From Eledone cirrhosa (lineage: Eukaryota), in the NCBI GenBank assembly GCA_964016885.1, contig OZ024743.1:229152001-229216000 (forward strand): a stretch of DNA of 64,000 nt, written 5' to 3'. The translations under genes and the position numbers were made by a program. The notes beneath the pieces were generated by a model. It did no database searches and was not told the DNA's origin. It was given only the letters and a program-made list of their open reading frames with translations. This document shows, piece by piece, positions 53,883 through 64,000 of this stretch (its first letter is position 1; each line of letters starts with the position of its first letter).

Positions 53883-56800
53883 GATAGCAACTAACAGTGC
53901 TGCGATCGAATGTGGCTTTTTAGCCCAGCCAATGATCCAAAATGTCTTGCACAGAGTCGGCAACCAAAACATTTACTGGGAATAGTCGGCTGTGGTTGGA
54001 GTTCGTGTACTTTTGCATGTCGCTTGAGTCCTCCTGCTGATTTACATTCTCTACCACATGTTTGGCAAGCATGATGAGTAGCATCTCCAACAGCAGCCTG
54101 GTAGTCAACCACTGGTCTTACTTTATGACTGCGAAGATGACTTTCGAGTCCAGCTTTGCTTAGGCAGAGTCTCGCACAGACGCTGCATGTCAGAAACATA
54201 GGAGGACCCTCGCCGTCTGGAAGTGCAACAGCAATACCCTTCCTCACGTCCCGCTTTACTTTCTCGTGTGCGATTCGAGATGCCTCAAAGGCAACTTTTC
54301 CCTCATATACAGTCTTTCTCCATTTATTACGATCAGCAGCAATATTTTCCCATGTATCAGCAGAGATGTTAGCGTCTTTCAGAGAGGCCTTCAAGGAATC
54401 CTTATACCTCTTTTTTGGTTTATGTGGCGGTCGTTTTCCTTTAACCAACTCTCCATAGAAGAGTTGTTTTGGTATTCTAGAATCCTTCATCCTGGCAAGG
54501 TGACCACTCCAACGGAGTCGCTGCTTAAGCACAAGAGCTTCTATACTGTCACACATAGAGCTTTCCAAAATCTCGACATCACTGATGTGGTCCCTCCAGC
54601 GAACGCCATGTATCCGTCTGAGACACATCTGATGGAAACGCTCCAATTGCTTAAGGTGGCGTCGATATGTGACCCAGGTCTCGCAGGCATAAAGAAGACA
54701 AGAGAGTACACATGCCCTGTACACCTTTACCTTTGTCCTCCTGCATATGTCTCGCCGACCCCAGAGTCGCCTTTCTAGCTTTCCGAAAGCATCACTTGCT
54801 TTCCTAATCCTAAGTGAGATTTCACTGTCAAGGTTGCCGTATCGATTGACAGTGCTTCCCAGGTAGACAAACTGATCAACCACTCCAAGTCGTTTGCCAT
54901 ACACATAGATGTTTGGTTCAGTGTACTGCCTACCAGGTGCAGGTTGGTACATGACGACGGTTTTCTTGAGACTGACAGTCAAACCCAGGGCAGTGCAAGC
55001 GTCAGAAAATACATTCAAAATGTGCTGCATATCACTCTCTGTGTGCGCTACAAGATCGCAATCATCTGCATACAAGAGGTCTCTTATGACTGATGTAAAT
55101 ACTTTTGTCTTCGCAGCAAAGCGCCTGATGTTAAATATGCTGCCTGAGGTTCGATATCGGATGTAAACACCATGCTCGCAATTCCTGAATGCAACACAGA
55201 AAACCATTGCAAAGTATATGGCAAACAGGGTCGGTGCTGGAATATCCCCCTGTTTCACTCCATTTTTTACTGAGATAGGCTCCGACATGTTACCTCCGAC
55301 ATTAACCCAAGCCTTCATGTCGTCATGGAAAGACCTAACTAAAGCAAGGAACTTATCAGGGCAACCAAGTTTCTGGAGAACCTTCCATAATGCATCTCTG
55401 TTGACAGTATCGAAAGCCTTTGTCAGATCGACAAAAACCTGATACAGATCCAAGCCCTGTTCAATGCACTTCTCCTGGAGCTGTCTAGCTGAGAAGATCA
55501 TATCAGTAGTGCCGCGTCCAACACGAAAACCAGATTGACTTTCAGGAAGGACACAATCTGCAATGTGTGTCAGCAGACGGTCCAGAAGCACCCTACATAA
55601 AACTTTCCCCACGACAGAAAGCAATGATATACCTCTGTAGTTCCCACAATCATTCCTGTTACCCTTTCCCTTGTACAAGACCACCATTACTGCATCTCTC
55701 CAGTCCTCAGGCACGGATTCATTAGCCCATATCCTTCCAAACAGAGAGTGAAGATGTTGCAGGAGTCTCTCACCACCATATTGTAGGAGCTCAGCATGTA
55801 TGCCATCCATACCTGGAGATCTTCCACTGTTCAGCTTCGAAATAGCCACTGCAACCTCCACAAGTGTCGGAGGCTCTGCGAGAGCTACTTTCACAGGACT
55901 TTCCGGAATGAGATTGAGGAAATCTTCACTGACGACAGACGGCTGATTCAAAAGATCATCAAAGTGCTCCCGCCACCTTCGTAGAATTCCCTGTGAGTCA
56001 CGAAGAAGTTCTTTGCCATCCCTGCTGCGAATCGGTGTCACCAGAGAAGAAGACGGTCCATAAACCTCACGCAAGAGACTGTACAACAGCTTTGTGTTAT
56101 TGCAATCAGACGCAGTTTGTATCTCACCAGCCTTCTCACTCCACCACTGATCCTTCATCTGAGAAAGACTCCGCCTAACACGTGATTTTACATCCCTGAG
56201 CTCCTCATGCAACGTATTCCTCTCCTGTGGTCCTGCCGTCAAGTAGCGTGACAGAGCGCGCCTCTTATCAGCCAACAAGTCATCTATATGCACATCTTTC
56301 TCATCAAACCAGTCCTGATGTTTTCTCTGCACCAATCCCAGAACACGTCTGCCTACATCATAAACCGACTTTTTAAGGGTCGGCCAATCCTCACCAAGAT
56401 CTGCAGCCTGCATCTCTTCTTCCAATGTCCTCTTCACATTTTTATCCTTAAGACGAGCAGCATTCAATCTTTTGGGCAGGGTAACACCAGGAGCCCGGAT
56501 TTTACGTTTGGTGATTAGATTCACTTTTGCGCGTACCAGGCGGTGGTCCGTCCAGCACTCAGCTCCACGAAGAACACGAACACACCGCACATCCTGTCTG
56601 TCACGCATCCTGACTAGGACGTAGTCCAAAAGATGCCATTCCTTAGATGCAGGATGCATCCATGTGGTCTTGAATTTGTTCTTTTGTTGGAACATGGTGT
56701 TGGTAACACACAGATCCAGCTCCTCACACATCTGCAGCAAGAGCATACCATTGCTGTTACACCTTCCCACCCCATGCCTTCCGATTACATTCCATGTGTT

Positions 56801-57446
56801 AAAATCCCTACCCACTCTAGCATTAAAGTCACCAAGCACGATGACTTTGTCTGCCTGAGGGATATTTCTTAAAACACCTTTCAAGGCATGGTAAAAGGAC
56901 AGTTTTTCTTCATCGACAGAATTCATAGTTGGAGCATACACACTCACCAGGGTAGCATATCTTCCCTTGTCCAGCGGAACTCTCATGGACATAAGACGCT
57001 CACTAATCCCCACTGGGAATTCTTCCAATTTATTCACCAGTACAGTCTTAACAGCAAATCCTACCCCAGCCTCTCTTCTGGTTCCTTCATCTCTTCCTTT
57101 CCAGAAGAATGTATATTCTCCACAAAATTCCGTAAGATGACCATCTCCAGCTAACCTCGTCTCAGACAAAGCCACGATGTCAAGATCGTAACGTCGAAGC
57201 TCCCTCGCAACAAGAGCGGTCCTTCGTTCAGGACGCTCCAAAGAATCCCTGTCAAGCAGCGTCCGTACGTTCCAGCAGCCAAGACTAAATGCCCTGTTTG
57301 GCTCTATTACAATGGCACGATGACGGGCGGGCCCAGGTTGTGATAACTTGGGGCCCCTGCCCTTATTGCCAATGATCTTTTTTGTTCCAGAACCCAAATT
57401 GGCAATTATCTCGTTTACATTGTTCTGGAACATCATTGAATTGGGG

Positions 57447-57483
<37 letters not shown>

Positions 57484-57488
57484 TAATA

Positions 57489-57523
<35 letters not shown>

Positions 57524-57824
57524 ACACTATTAATAATTATTAATGCACTCGTGCAATGCCTGTGCGTGACGAATATTTTTAAAGTGAGGAAAGACTGTGC
57601 ACTGAACCAATCCCACTCTCTGAGCGACAGTAGCTATAACCCGAAAAGAAGAAAAGATCAACATCATCGGTAACTACTGAGCCGCAGGTTTTATATCGGA
57701 GTTAACCCAGTTTCCTGAGATGCCTTCTCCTAGAAGAATACCCTGACATGGGCTAGGGGTTCTTCACTCCCAGTGGTTTAACTGCGCGATCGGGCATCCA
57801 GCCCGATTATTTCTATGTCCCCGC

Positions 57825-57826
<2 letters not shown>
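53626..57826 (-). mobile_element. RTE family B LINE (5'UTR may extend to ~58250)
   Basis: Intact APE-RT ORF; 5'UTR homologous to the element at 10237-10823; 3' end GGCCATACTCGATAACGAGGGGGCAGCCATC running into (AT)n. Confidence 0.92.
53891..57436 (-). CDS. RTE-B ORF, 1181 aa: APE + RT + three C2H2 zinc fingers
   Basis: WNVRTL, LSETRL, GDFNARVG, LDYVLV, TDHRLV; QSGFR, FVDLTKAFD, GVKQG, YADD, FVYLGS, RLRWSGH; three C-x2-C-x12-H-x3/4-H repeats; no stops. Confidence 0.95.
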   Translation of the reverse strand: MMFQNNVNEIIANLGSGTKKIIGNKGRGPKLSQPGPARHRAIVIEPNRAFSLGCWNVRTLLDRDSLERPERRTALVARELRRYDLDIVALSETRLAGDGHLTEFCGEYTFFWKGRDEGTRREAGVGFAVKTVLVNKLEEFPVGISERLMSMRVPLDKGRYATLVSVYAPTMNSVDEEKLSFYHALKGVLRNIPQADKVIVLGDFNARVGRDFNTWNVIGRHGVGRCNSNGMLLLQMCEELDLCVTNTMFQQKNKFKTTWMHPASKEWHLLDYVLVRMRDRQDVRCVRVLRGAECWTDHRLVRAKVNLITKRKIRAPGVTLPKRLNAARLKDKNVKRTLEEEMQAADLGEDWPTLKKSVYDVGRRVLGLVQRKHQDWFDEKDVHIDDLLADKRRALSRYLTAGPQERNTLHEELRDVKSRVRRSLSQMKDQWWSEKAGEIQTASDCNNTKLLYSLLREVYGPSSSLVTPIRSRDGKELLRDSQGILRRWREHFDDLLNQPSVVSEDFLNLIPESPVKVALAEPPTLVEVAVAISKLNSGRSPGMDGIHAELLQYGGERLLQHLHSLFGRIWANESVPEDWRDAVMVVLYKGKGNRNDCGNYRGISLLSVVGKVLCRVLLDRLLTHIADCVLPESQSGFRVGRGTTDMIFSARQLQEKCIEQGLDLYQVFVDLTKAFDTVNRDALWKVLQKLGCPDKFLALVRSFHDDMKAWVNVGGNMSEPISVKNGVKQGDIPAPTLFAIYFAMVFCVAFRNCEHGVYIRYRTSGSIFNIRRFAAKTKVFTSVIRDLLYADDCDLVAHTESDMQHILNVFSDACTALGLTVSLKKTVVMYQPAPGRQYTEPNIYVYGKRLGVVDQFVYLGSTVNRYGNLDSEISLRIRKASDAFGKLERRLWGRRDICRRTKVKVYRACVLSCLLYACETWVTYRRHLKQLERFHQMCLRRIHGVRWRDHISDVEILESSMCDSIEALVLKQRLRWSGHLARMKDSRIPKQLFYGELVKGKRPPHKPKKRYKDSLKASLKDANISADTWENIAADRNKWRKTVYEGKVAFEASRIAHEKVKRDVRKGIAVALPDGEGPPMFLTCSVCARLCLSKAGLESHLRSHKVRPVVDYQAAVGDATHHACQTCGRECKSAGGLKRHAKVHELQPQPTIPSKCFGCRLCARHFGSLAGLKSHIRSQHC

Positions 57827-57857
<31 letters not shown>

Positions 57858-59019
57858 ACTTATTGACACTTATACGTACGACATACACACACACGCATAC
57901 ATATGCGTGCACACAGCAACACTCACACACACAACAAACACACACACACGCTACTCTACTCACTTACACGCACACACACACATATATATATATATATTAC
58001 CGTCATTACTGATACAAGATTACCAGATTATGTCAACTGTTGACTTTCAAGAGTTTGTATAGTTGAAGCCGATCGTATTACAGTCCAGTATTACTATAAT
58101 TGCTTTACAGCATAGAGTTATGGCTCTCCACGGAGTCAACAAAAGAGAGTACCAGTGATGCGCTGGCGCAGTCGCTGGATCCGTGCCAAAAGCAGAAAAA
58201 TTATTATTAAAGTTGTTCTTAAGGCCAGGTCGCTGGTGATGGTGATGGCGACGGCGGTGGCGGTGGTGGTGGTGGTGGCAGTTGATGTTGTTGTTCTGTT
58301 GTGTGTGTGTGTGTGTGTGTGTGTTTTGTTATTTTGAGTTTTTTTTTTTTTTTTTCCTTTCTTTTTTTTCTCCTTTTTTTTTTTTTTTCCCCTTCCCTTT
58401 TCTTTTTTCTTTTCCCTTCCTTTTTTTATGTTTTGATGCCGCTGTTGTTGTTGTTGTTGTAATTGTTGTAAATGTTCATTTCAGTTCATTCTGAAGCTGT
58501 TGTTGCTGTAAACATTAGGGCCGGTGTTGTTGTTGTTGTAGATGTTGGGGTTGAAATCTGGTTGTTTGACTGAGTGATGTATATACACACATATACATAC
58601 ACACACATATATATATATACATTCATCAGAGAGTAGAGAGTTTGACAACAGGTCGATGACTTTAGTCTCGATAGGGTATGGTATGGTAATGACATGTGAT
58701 GGTGGGGAGAGAGTGTAGACGTTATTGTGGTGGTGTGGACAGTGAGATGTATCTAGTTCATTTGACCGTTTTCTTCTCTTAGCAAAATTTGAATTCTAGC
58801 CATGTTATATTGAGATGTAAGTAAATGTAAAATATAAATAAGGATTGCTCTGCTAAAATATACTAAAATATTTGTGTAACTTCCACAAACTTCTGTCGTG
58901 ACATTCCCGAGACCAGTAACCAACAAATTGTTGTATTTTGATGTTTCAGAATACAAAAATTAATTAAAAACTTACCCCACGAAGAGACAGCGTGTGTTGT
59001 CCTATCTATAAGCTCCCTC

Positions 59020-59195
59020 ATGTATATACATATATATACATATATATATACATACATATATATACATATATATATACATATTTATATATATACATATACA
59101 TATTTATACATATATATACATATATATATACATACATATACATACATATATATATACATATTTATATATATACATATACATATTTATATATATAC

Positions 59196-59226
<31 letters not shown>

Positions 59227-59227
59227 C

Positions 59228-59260
<33 letters not shown>

Positions 59261-59751
59261 CATATATATACATATATATATGTATATATACATATATATA
59301 CATATATATACATATATATATACATATATATATACATATATATATACATATATATATACATATATATATACATATATATATACATATATATATACATACA
59401 TATATACATACATATATATATATACATATATATATATACATATATATATATACATATATATATACATATATATATATACATATATATATATACATATATA
59501 TATATACATATATATATATACATATATATATATACATATATATATACATATATATATATACATATATATATACATATATATATATACATATATATATACA
59601 TATATATATATACATATATATATATACATATATATATATACATATATATATACATATATATATACATATATATATACATATATATATACATATATATATA
59701 TACATATATATATACATATATATATACATATATATATACATATATATATAC

Positions 59752-59783
<32 letters not shown>

Positions 59784-59863
59784 ATATATACATATACATA
59801 TACATATATATATACATATACATATACATATATATATACATATACATATATATATACATATAC

Positions 59864-59934
<71 letters not shown>

Positions 59935-59945
59935 CATATATATAC

Positions 59946-60010
<65 letters not shown>

Positions 60011-60053
60011 CATATATACATATATATACATATATATATATATACATATATAC

Positions 60054-60142
<89 letters not shown>

Positions 60143-60160
60143 CATATACATATATACATA
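59020..60160. repeat. (TA)n/(TACA) array
   Basis: Directly visible. Confidence 0.97.
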
Positions 60161-60161
60161 T

Positions 60162-60275
60162 TGTATGAGCAAGGCCTGGTCAGCCGACCAGACACTGCCC
60201 ACAACAGGACAACCCGTCTAACCCATACTAGCATGGAAGAACGGACGTAAAACGGTAGTGATGATGATGATGATA
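60162..60275 (+). mobile_element. Short 3' tail of an RTE-A-related LINE or SINE
   Basis: ACCCATACTAGCATGGAAGAACGGACGTAAAACG...(TGA)n resembles 4452-4507. Confidence 0.75.
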
Positions 60276-60295
60276 TATATACATACATATACAGA

Positions 60296-60327
<32 letters not shown>

Positions 60328-60421
60328 CATACATATACATATTTATACATATACATACATATACATACATACATACATATTTATACATATACATACATAC
60401 ATACATATACATACATACACA

Positions 60422-60471
<50 letters not shown>

Positions 60472-60489
60472 CATACATACATACCTATA

Positions 60490-61455
60490 TGCATGAAAGT
60501 TGCTGAAAACGTTATCGCACAGCTAATTAGGGAAAGAATCAAGTTAGATGAGATGCAGTTTGGATTTATGCCAGGTAACCGTACTCGTGATGCCATCTTT
60601 CTGGTGAGACAACTACAGGAGAGGTGTTTAGCTAATAGTAAGTCACTTTATTTAGCATTAGTGGATATAGAGAAGGCCTTCAACAGGATCACATGCTCTA
60701 TAATCTGGTGGGCACTCAGGATGGTAGGTGTAGATGAATGTCTTGTGAGAGCCATGTAGGCTATGCATAGATGTACAACCAGCAATGTAACAATTGGCAA
60801 TGAGTACAGTTTTGAATGTGAAGTCCATGTGGGAGTTGACCGAGGATCAGTTCTCAGCCCTCTCCTGTTTATCATCATCGTTCAGGCCATCACCGAGGGG
60901 GTCATGGGAGTTCTTATACACTTACGATCTAGTCTTCATAGATGAATCTCTAGGAGAGTTAGAGGCAAAATTTCAAGTATGGAAGAAGAACCTAGAGTTG
61001 AAAGCCCTAAAAGTAAATTAGCAAAGACAAAAGTCCTAATAAGTTGGGAAGAAGACAGCATGATTATACCATCAGGGAAATGGCCTTGTTCGATTTGTCA
61101 GAAAAGGGTGGGTAGAAATTCAATAAGGTGCACTCAATATAAACTATGGATGCACAAGAGATGTAGTGGGATTATAGCAAGCTAATAGAAAAGAGAGAGT
61201 TTACATGTGACAGATGTATCGGGGAAGCACTAAGAGCACATGTGAAATAGATTTCCTCAGTTACCAGGCGATCTTTATAGAAGTTGTTGACAGCTTTCCC
61301 CATCTAGGCGATCAAATTAGCCCTGGGGGAGAATGCGTCGAATGTGACAGCCTTCCTAGTGTTTTGAAATCTACACATTAAATGCACTCTTAGCTGCTGT
61401 CTCTTTGAGAAGTGTTGGTGATGGAAGGGCATCTAGCAGTGGAGGGCCTGCTAAA
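60490..61455 (+). mobile_element. Old diverged RTE-A subfamily fragment (RT + PHD remnant)
   Basis: [25 protein letters not shown]..., GKWPCSICQKRVGRNSIRCTQYKLWMHKRCSG, with stops and frameshifts; a 3'UTR remnant GGAAGGGCATC lies near 61420. Confidence 0.88.
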
Positions 61456-61560
61456 CAAAGGATTAATTGGACACTTCAGTCTGGCCATTTTTTTCATAAT
61501 GTGAGACATTCGGAAACTGAGATTTTACTGTGTGTGTGTATAATATATATATATATATAT

Positions 61561-62137
61561 ATAGCTGTATAACAAAGTGCAGGGCAATAAAGATAGACGG
61601 TAGTCACGGAATAGGCAGACCTAGAAAAACCTGGGACGAGCTGATAAACTCCGACATCACACACTTACACCTCTCCAAGACAATGTCACTGGACCGAGAC
61701 TGTTGGCGGTACTCAGTAACAGAGAAGACCCGCCTTACCTAAATATATAGTAAAACCTACTCCAACCAGTAGGCATCTCTAACAAAATACACCCCGTCCC
61801 ACCACCCCCACCCCATCCACACCACCCCGTTCTATGTAAAGTTATGTTGGTGCCGCGCCATAGGCCGAAACAAATGAGATCGTGTAGGTGTCACGACAAA
61901 AAAAACACACAGTCCACGCTGTAATGTGGCCGTGTAGGCAACACGGTAAAAACCTCCCAGACCCACACTGTAAATGTGGTTGGTGTTAGGAAGGGCATCC
62001 AACTGTAGAAAACCTGCCAGACAGTCCTATGCGAGCAAGACAATCACTCTTGCCTCAAGTGGGACTACCCCCGTCCAAACCCATGCAAGCGTGGAACACG
62101 GACGTTAAACGTTGATGATGATGATGATGATGATGAT
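61561..62137 (+). mobile_element. RTE family A, 5'-truncated young copy
   Basis: Nearly identical to about 3927-4507; (TA)n upstream and a (GAT)n tail. Confidence 0.93.
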
Positions 62138-62181
62138 ATACACACACACACATATATATTAATATATATATATATATATAT

Positions 62182-62292
62182 GGTGGCTGCCAACTCGTTT
62201 TCGAGTACGGCCACTACTTTATATCCATGTAGGAGAACCCCTACCGATGTGTGACTTTTTAGTCCAGCCAGTGACTTGAAAACTCTGGTACA
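62182..62292 (-). mobile_element. 5'-truncated RTE-derived non-autonomous element with long flanking duplication
   Basis: Same 3' end as 10237; TACACACACACACATATATATTAATATATA... occurs on both sides. Confidence 0.85.
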
Positions 62293-62519
62293 TATATATA
62301 TACACACACACACATATATATTAATATATATATATATATATATATACACCATATACAAAGAGAGAGAGTGAGAGAGAGATATCATACATTATATATATAT
62401 ATATATATAAACATACAAACATAAACACGTGTGTTTTTCCATGTCTGTGTCTTTCCTGTCAATGTTTAGTTTGATAAAAAAAAAATTGATAAACGAACTA
62501 CTTGGCTTCAAAAGATATA

Positions 62520-62612
62520 TGTACTGGGTTTGATATAATGAACTTTAAGGTAATGTTCTAATATGGCCACTGTCAACTGCCTGAAACCAGTGGTAAAACA
62601 ATAAAAGAATTG
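62520..62612 (+). mobile_element. Decayed SINE 3' tail (CR1-type)
   Basis: ATGGCCAC...CTGAAAC...AATAAAAGA; a similar remnant lies at 62965-63020. Confidence 0.45.
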
Positions 62613-64000
62613 CAGTGTTATGTTTGAACATTAAACAATGCAATTCTTATTTATTCTTTCTGCTTTGACAGTTAAAAAAAAATCATCGAAATGATTTTTT
62701 TAACACCAGGGAATTTATTAGGAACTTGTTTATAGTAACACAAGGAAATATCTCTTCATCTGATTTCATATTTTTATAAATTTTTAAAATATTTTATTGT
62801 TTTTCCAAACATGTAGCATAGAAAAAAGGGATTTAAAGAAATATATTTAAGAGACATTTTTCACTGTGGTAATCATATTTCTAAAAATTAAGATTTGATT
62901 TATAAAGACAAAATTTTAAACTGCATCTGCTTGCAAAAAAAAAAAAAAAAAATGAAATTTTCTATGCAGTACCCCAGCATGGTCGCAGCCAGTGGACAAG
63001 AAGAGATAATCGAGTAAAAGTGTATGATCTATTTTGTTAAAACAGCACTTTTTTGTGTGTGAGGAGTCGGGGGAGTCTCATCAGTGTTCATAGCCTTCAT
63101 TGATATACATCAGCAAAAGAACACACACCTCATTAATATTAACATGAATCTTGCACCATTCTATGTGTAATTATGAGTATGTATCTGTAACTATGTATGA
63201 ATATGTATATTTGCTGATGGGTGAGTATGTGATTGAGTGTGTGTGTGTATTTTTTGATAGTGTGGGGAGTGATAGCTTAGCACAATACTCAGCACCTGAA
63301 ATTTGCTCACAAATTATTAAAAACATGCATGCAGGTACTGTATTTTATTAAATAAATGTTATTAAAACCTTATAATTATTGCGCTACACACCTAGTTGGT
63401 TGCACAAGGAGTGACATACATACCTAGCACTACGTGAATTTCTATCCCTCAAATTCTTTAAACTCTCAAAATTGCTTTTCAGAAGATTGGTAAAGGTGAG
63501 AACTATGATCTTTTAATCAGTGCTGGATTTAATGAAACATAAGCTAAATAAACTCGAAATTAGAACCTTGTCAAATTTTAATCCAGTATTGTTTCTATTT
63601 ACAGCAGAATACAAAGTATTATGAGCATATTTCTTACATTTATCCCTGTTTATTGTCATTGCATTGAGTTCTACCCATAATTGACACTGAAACCGTTTTC
63701 AGATCTGGTTTCTCTATCTACCTTTGGGGTATCCTCGGTCTCTCTTTTCAGGTATCATACATTCCAAACAAATTTTAGAGAGAGGTACATGTTAAGAGTT
63801 TGATGTGACCAAACAATTTGAGGGAGATGCTTTTAATTTTAGTAAATATTCTTTGTTGTTGACTATGATAATAGAATGGAATAGACCTCCATAGGTTTTG
63901 ATGATCAATGTTCCAGTAGTTCCATCAACAAAAAACCCTACTTGTAAAATTAATGTGCAAGTGGGTGAGCATTTCAAAGACATATGTACGCTTAACATAA

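Noticed and set aside
63792-63998. 68-aa ORF at the window end as a host exon
   Set aside because: No recognisable motif or convincing splice-site pair; cannot be supported.

Overview
Gene-poor, AT-rich animal genomic DNA. The microsatellite density and SINE/LINE tails suggest an octopus-like cephalopod, which is an inference. It is dominated by (TA)n-derived arrays: about 17.6 kb at 35.2-52.9 kb, containing a 200-N gap, plus smaller blocks. These arrays are studded with retroelements. RTE family A has two near-identical long copies (640-4507 with an intact ORF; 26012-30278 with one nonsense codon) and several truncated or older copies; its reverse transcriptase carries an inserted PHD finger. 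RTE family B (53626-57826, minus) has an intact ORF with three C-terminal C2H2 fingers and bipartite non-autonomous relatives. Also present are two CR1-type LINEs, an R4/Dong-type fragment, an internally deleted hAT transposon with TIRs and TSD, many decayed tRNA-derived SINEs, and a ~320-bp structured island containing a Penelope-type minimal hammerhead ribozyme. Nearly every young retroelement sits in (TA)n. No host protein-coding gene can be called confidently; a few minus-strand exon-like segments are flagged at low confidence. The many Y/I/H/C/M-rich ORFs are microsatellite artefacts.
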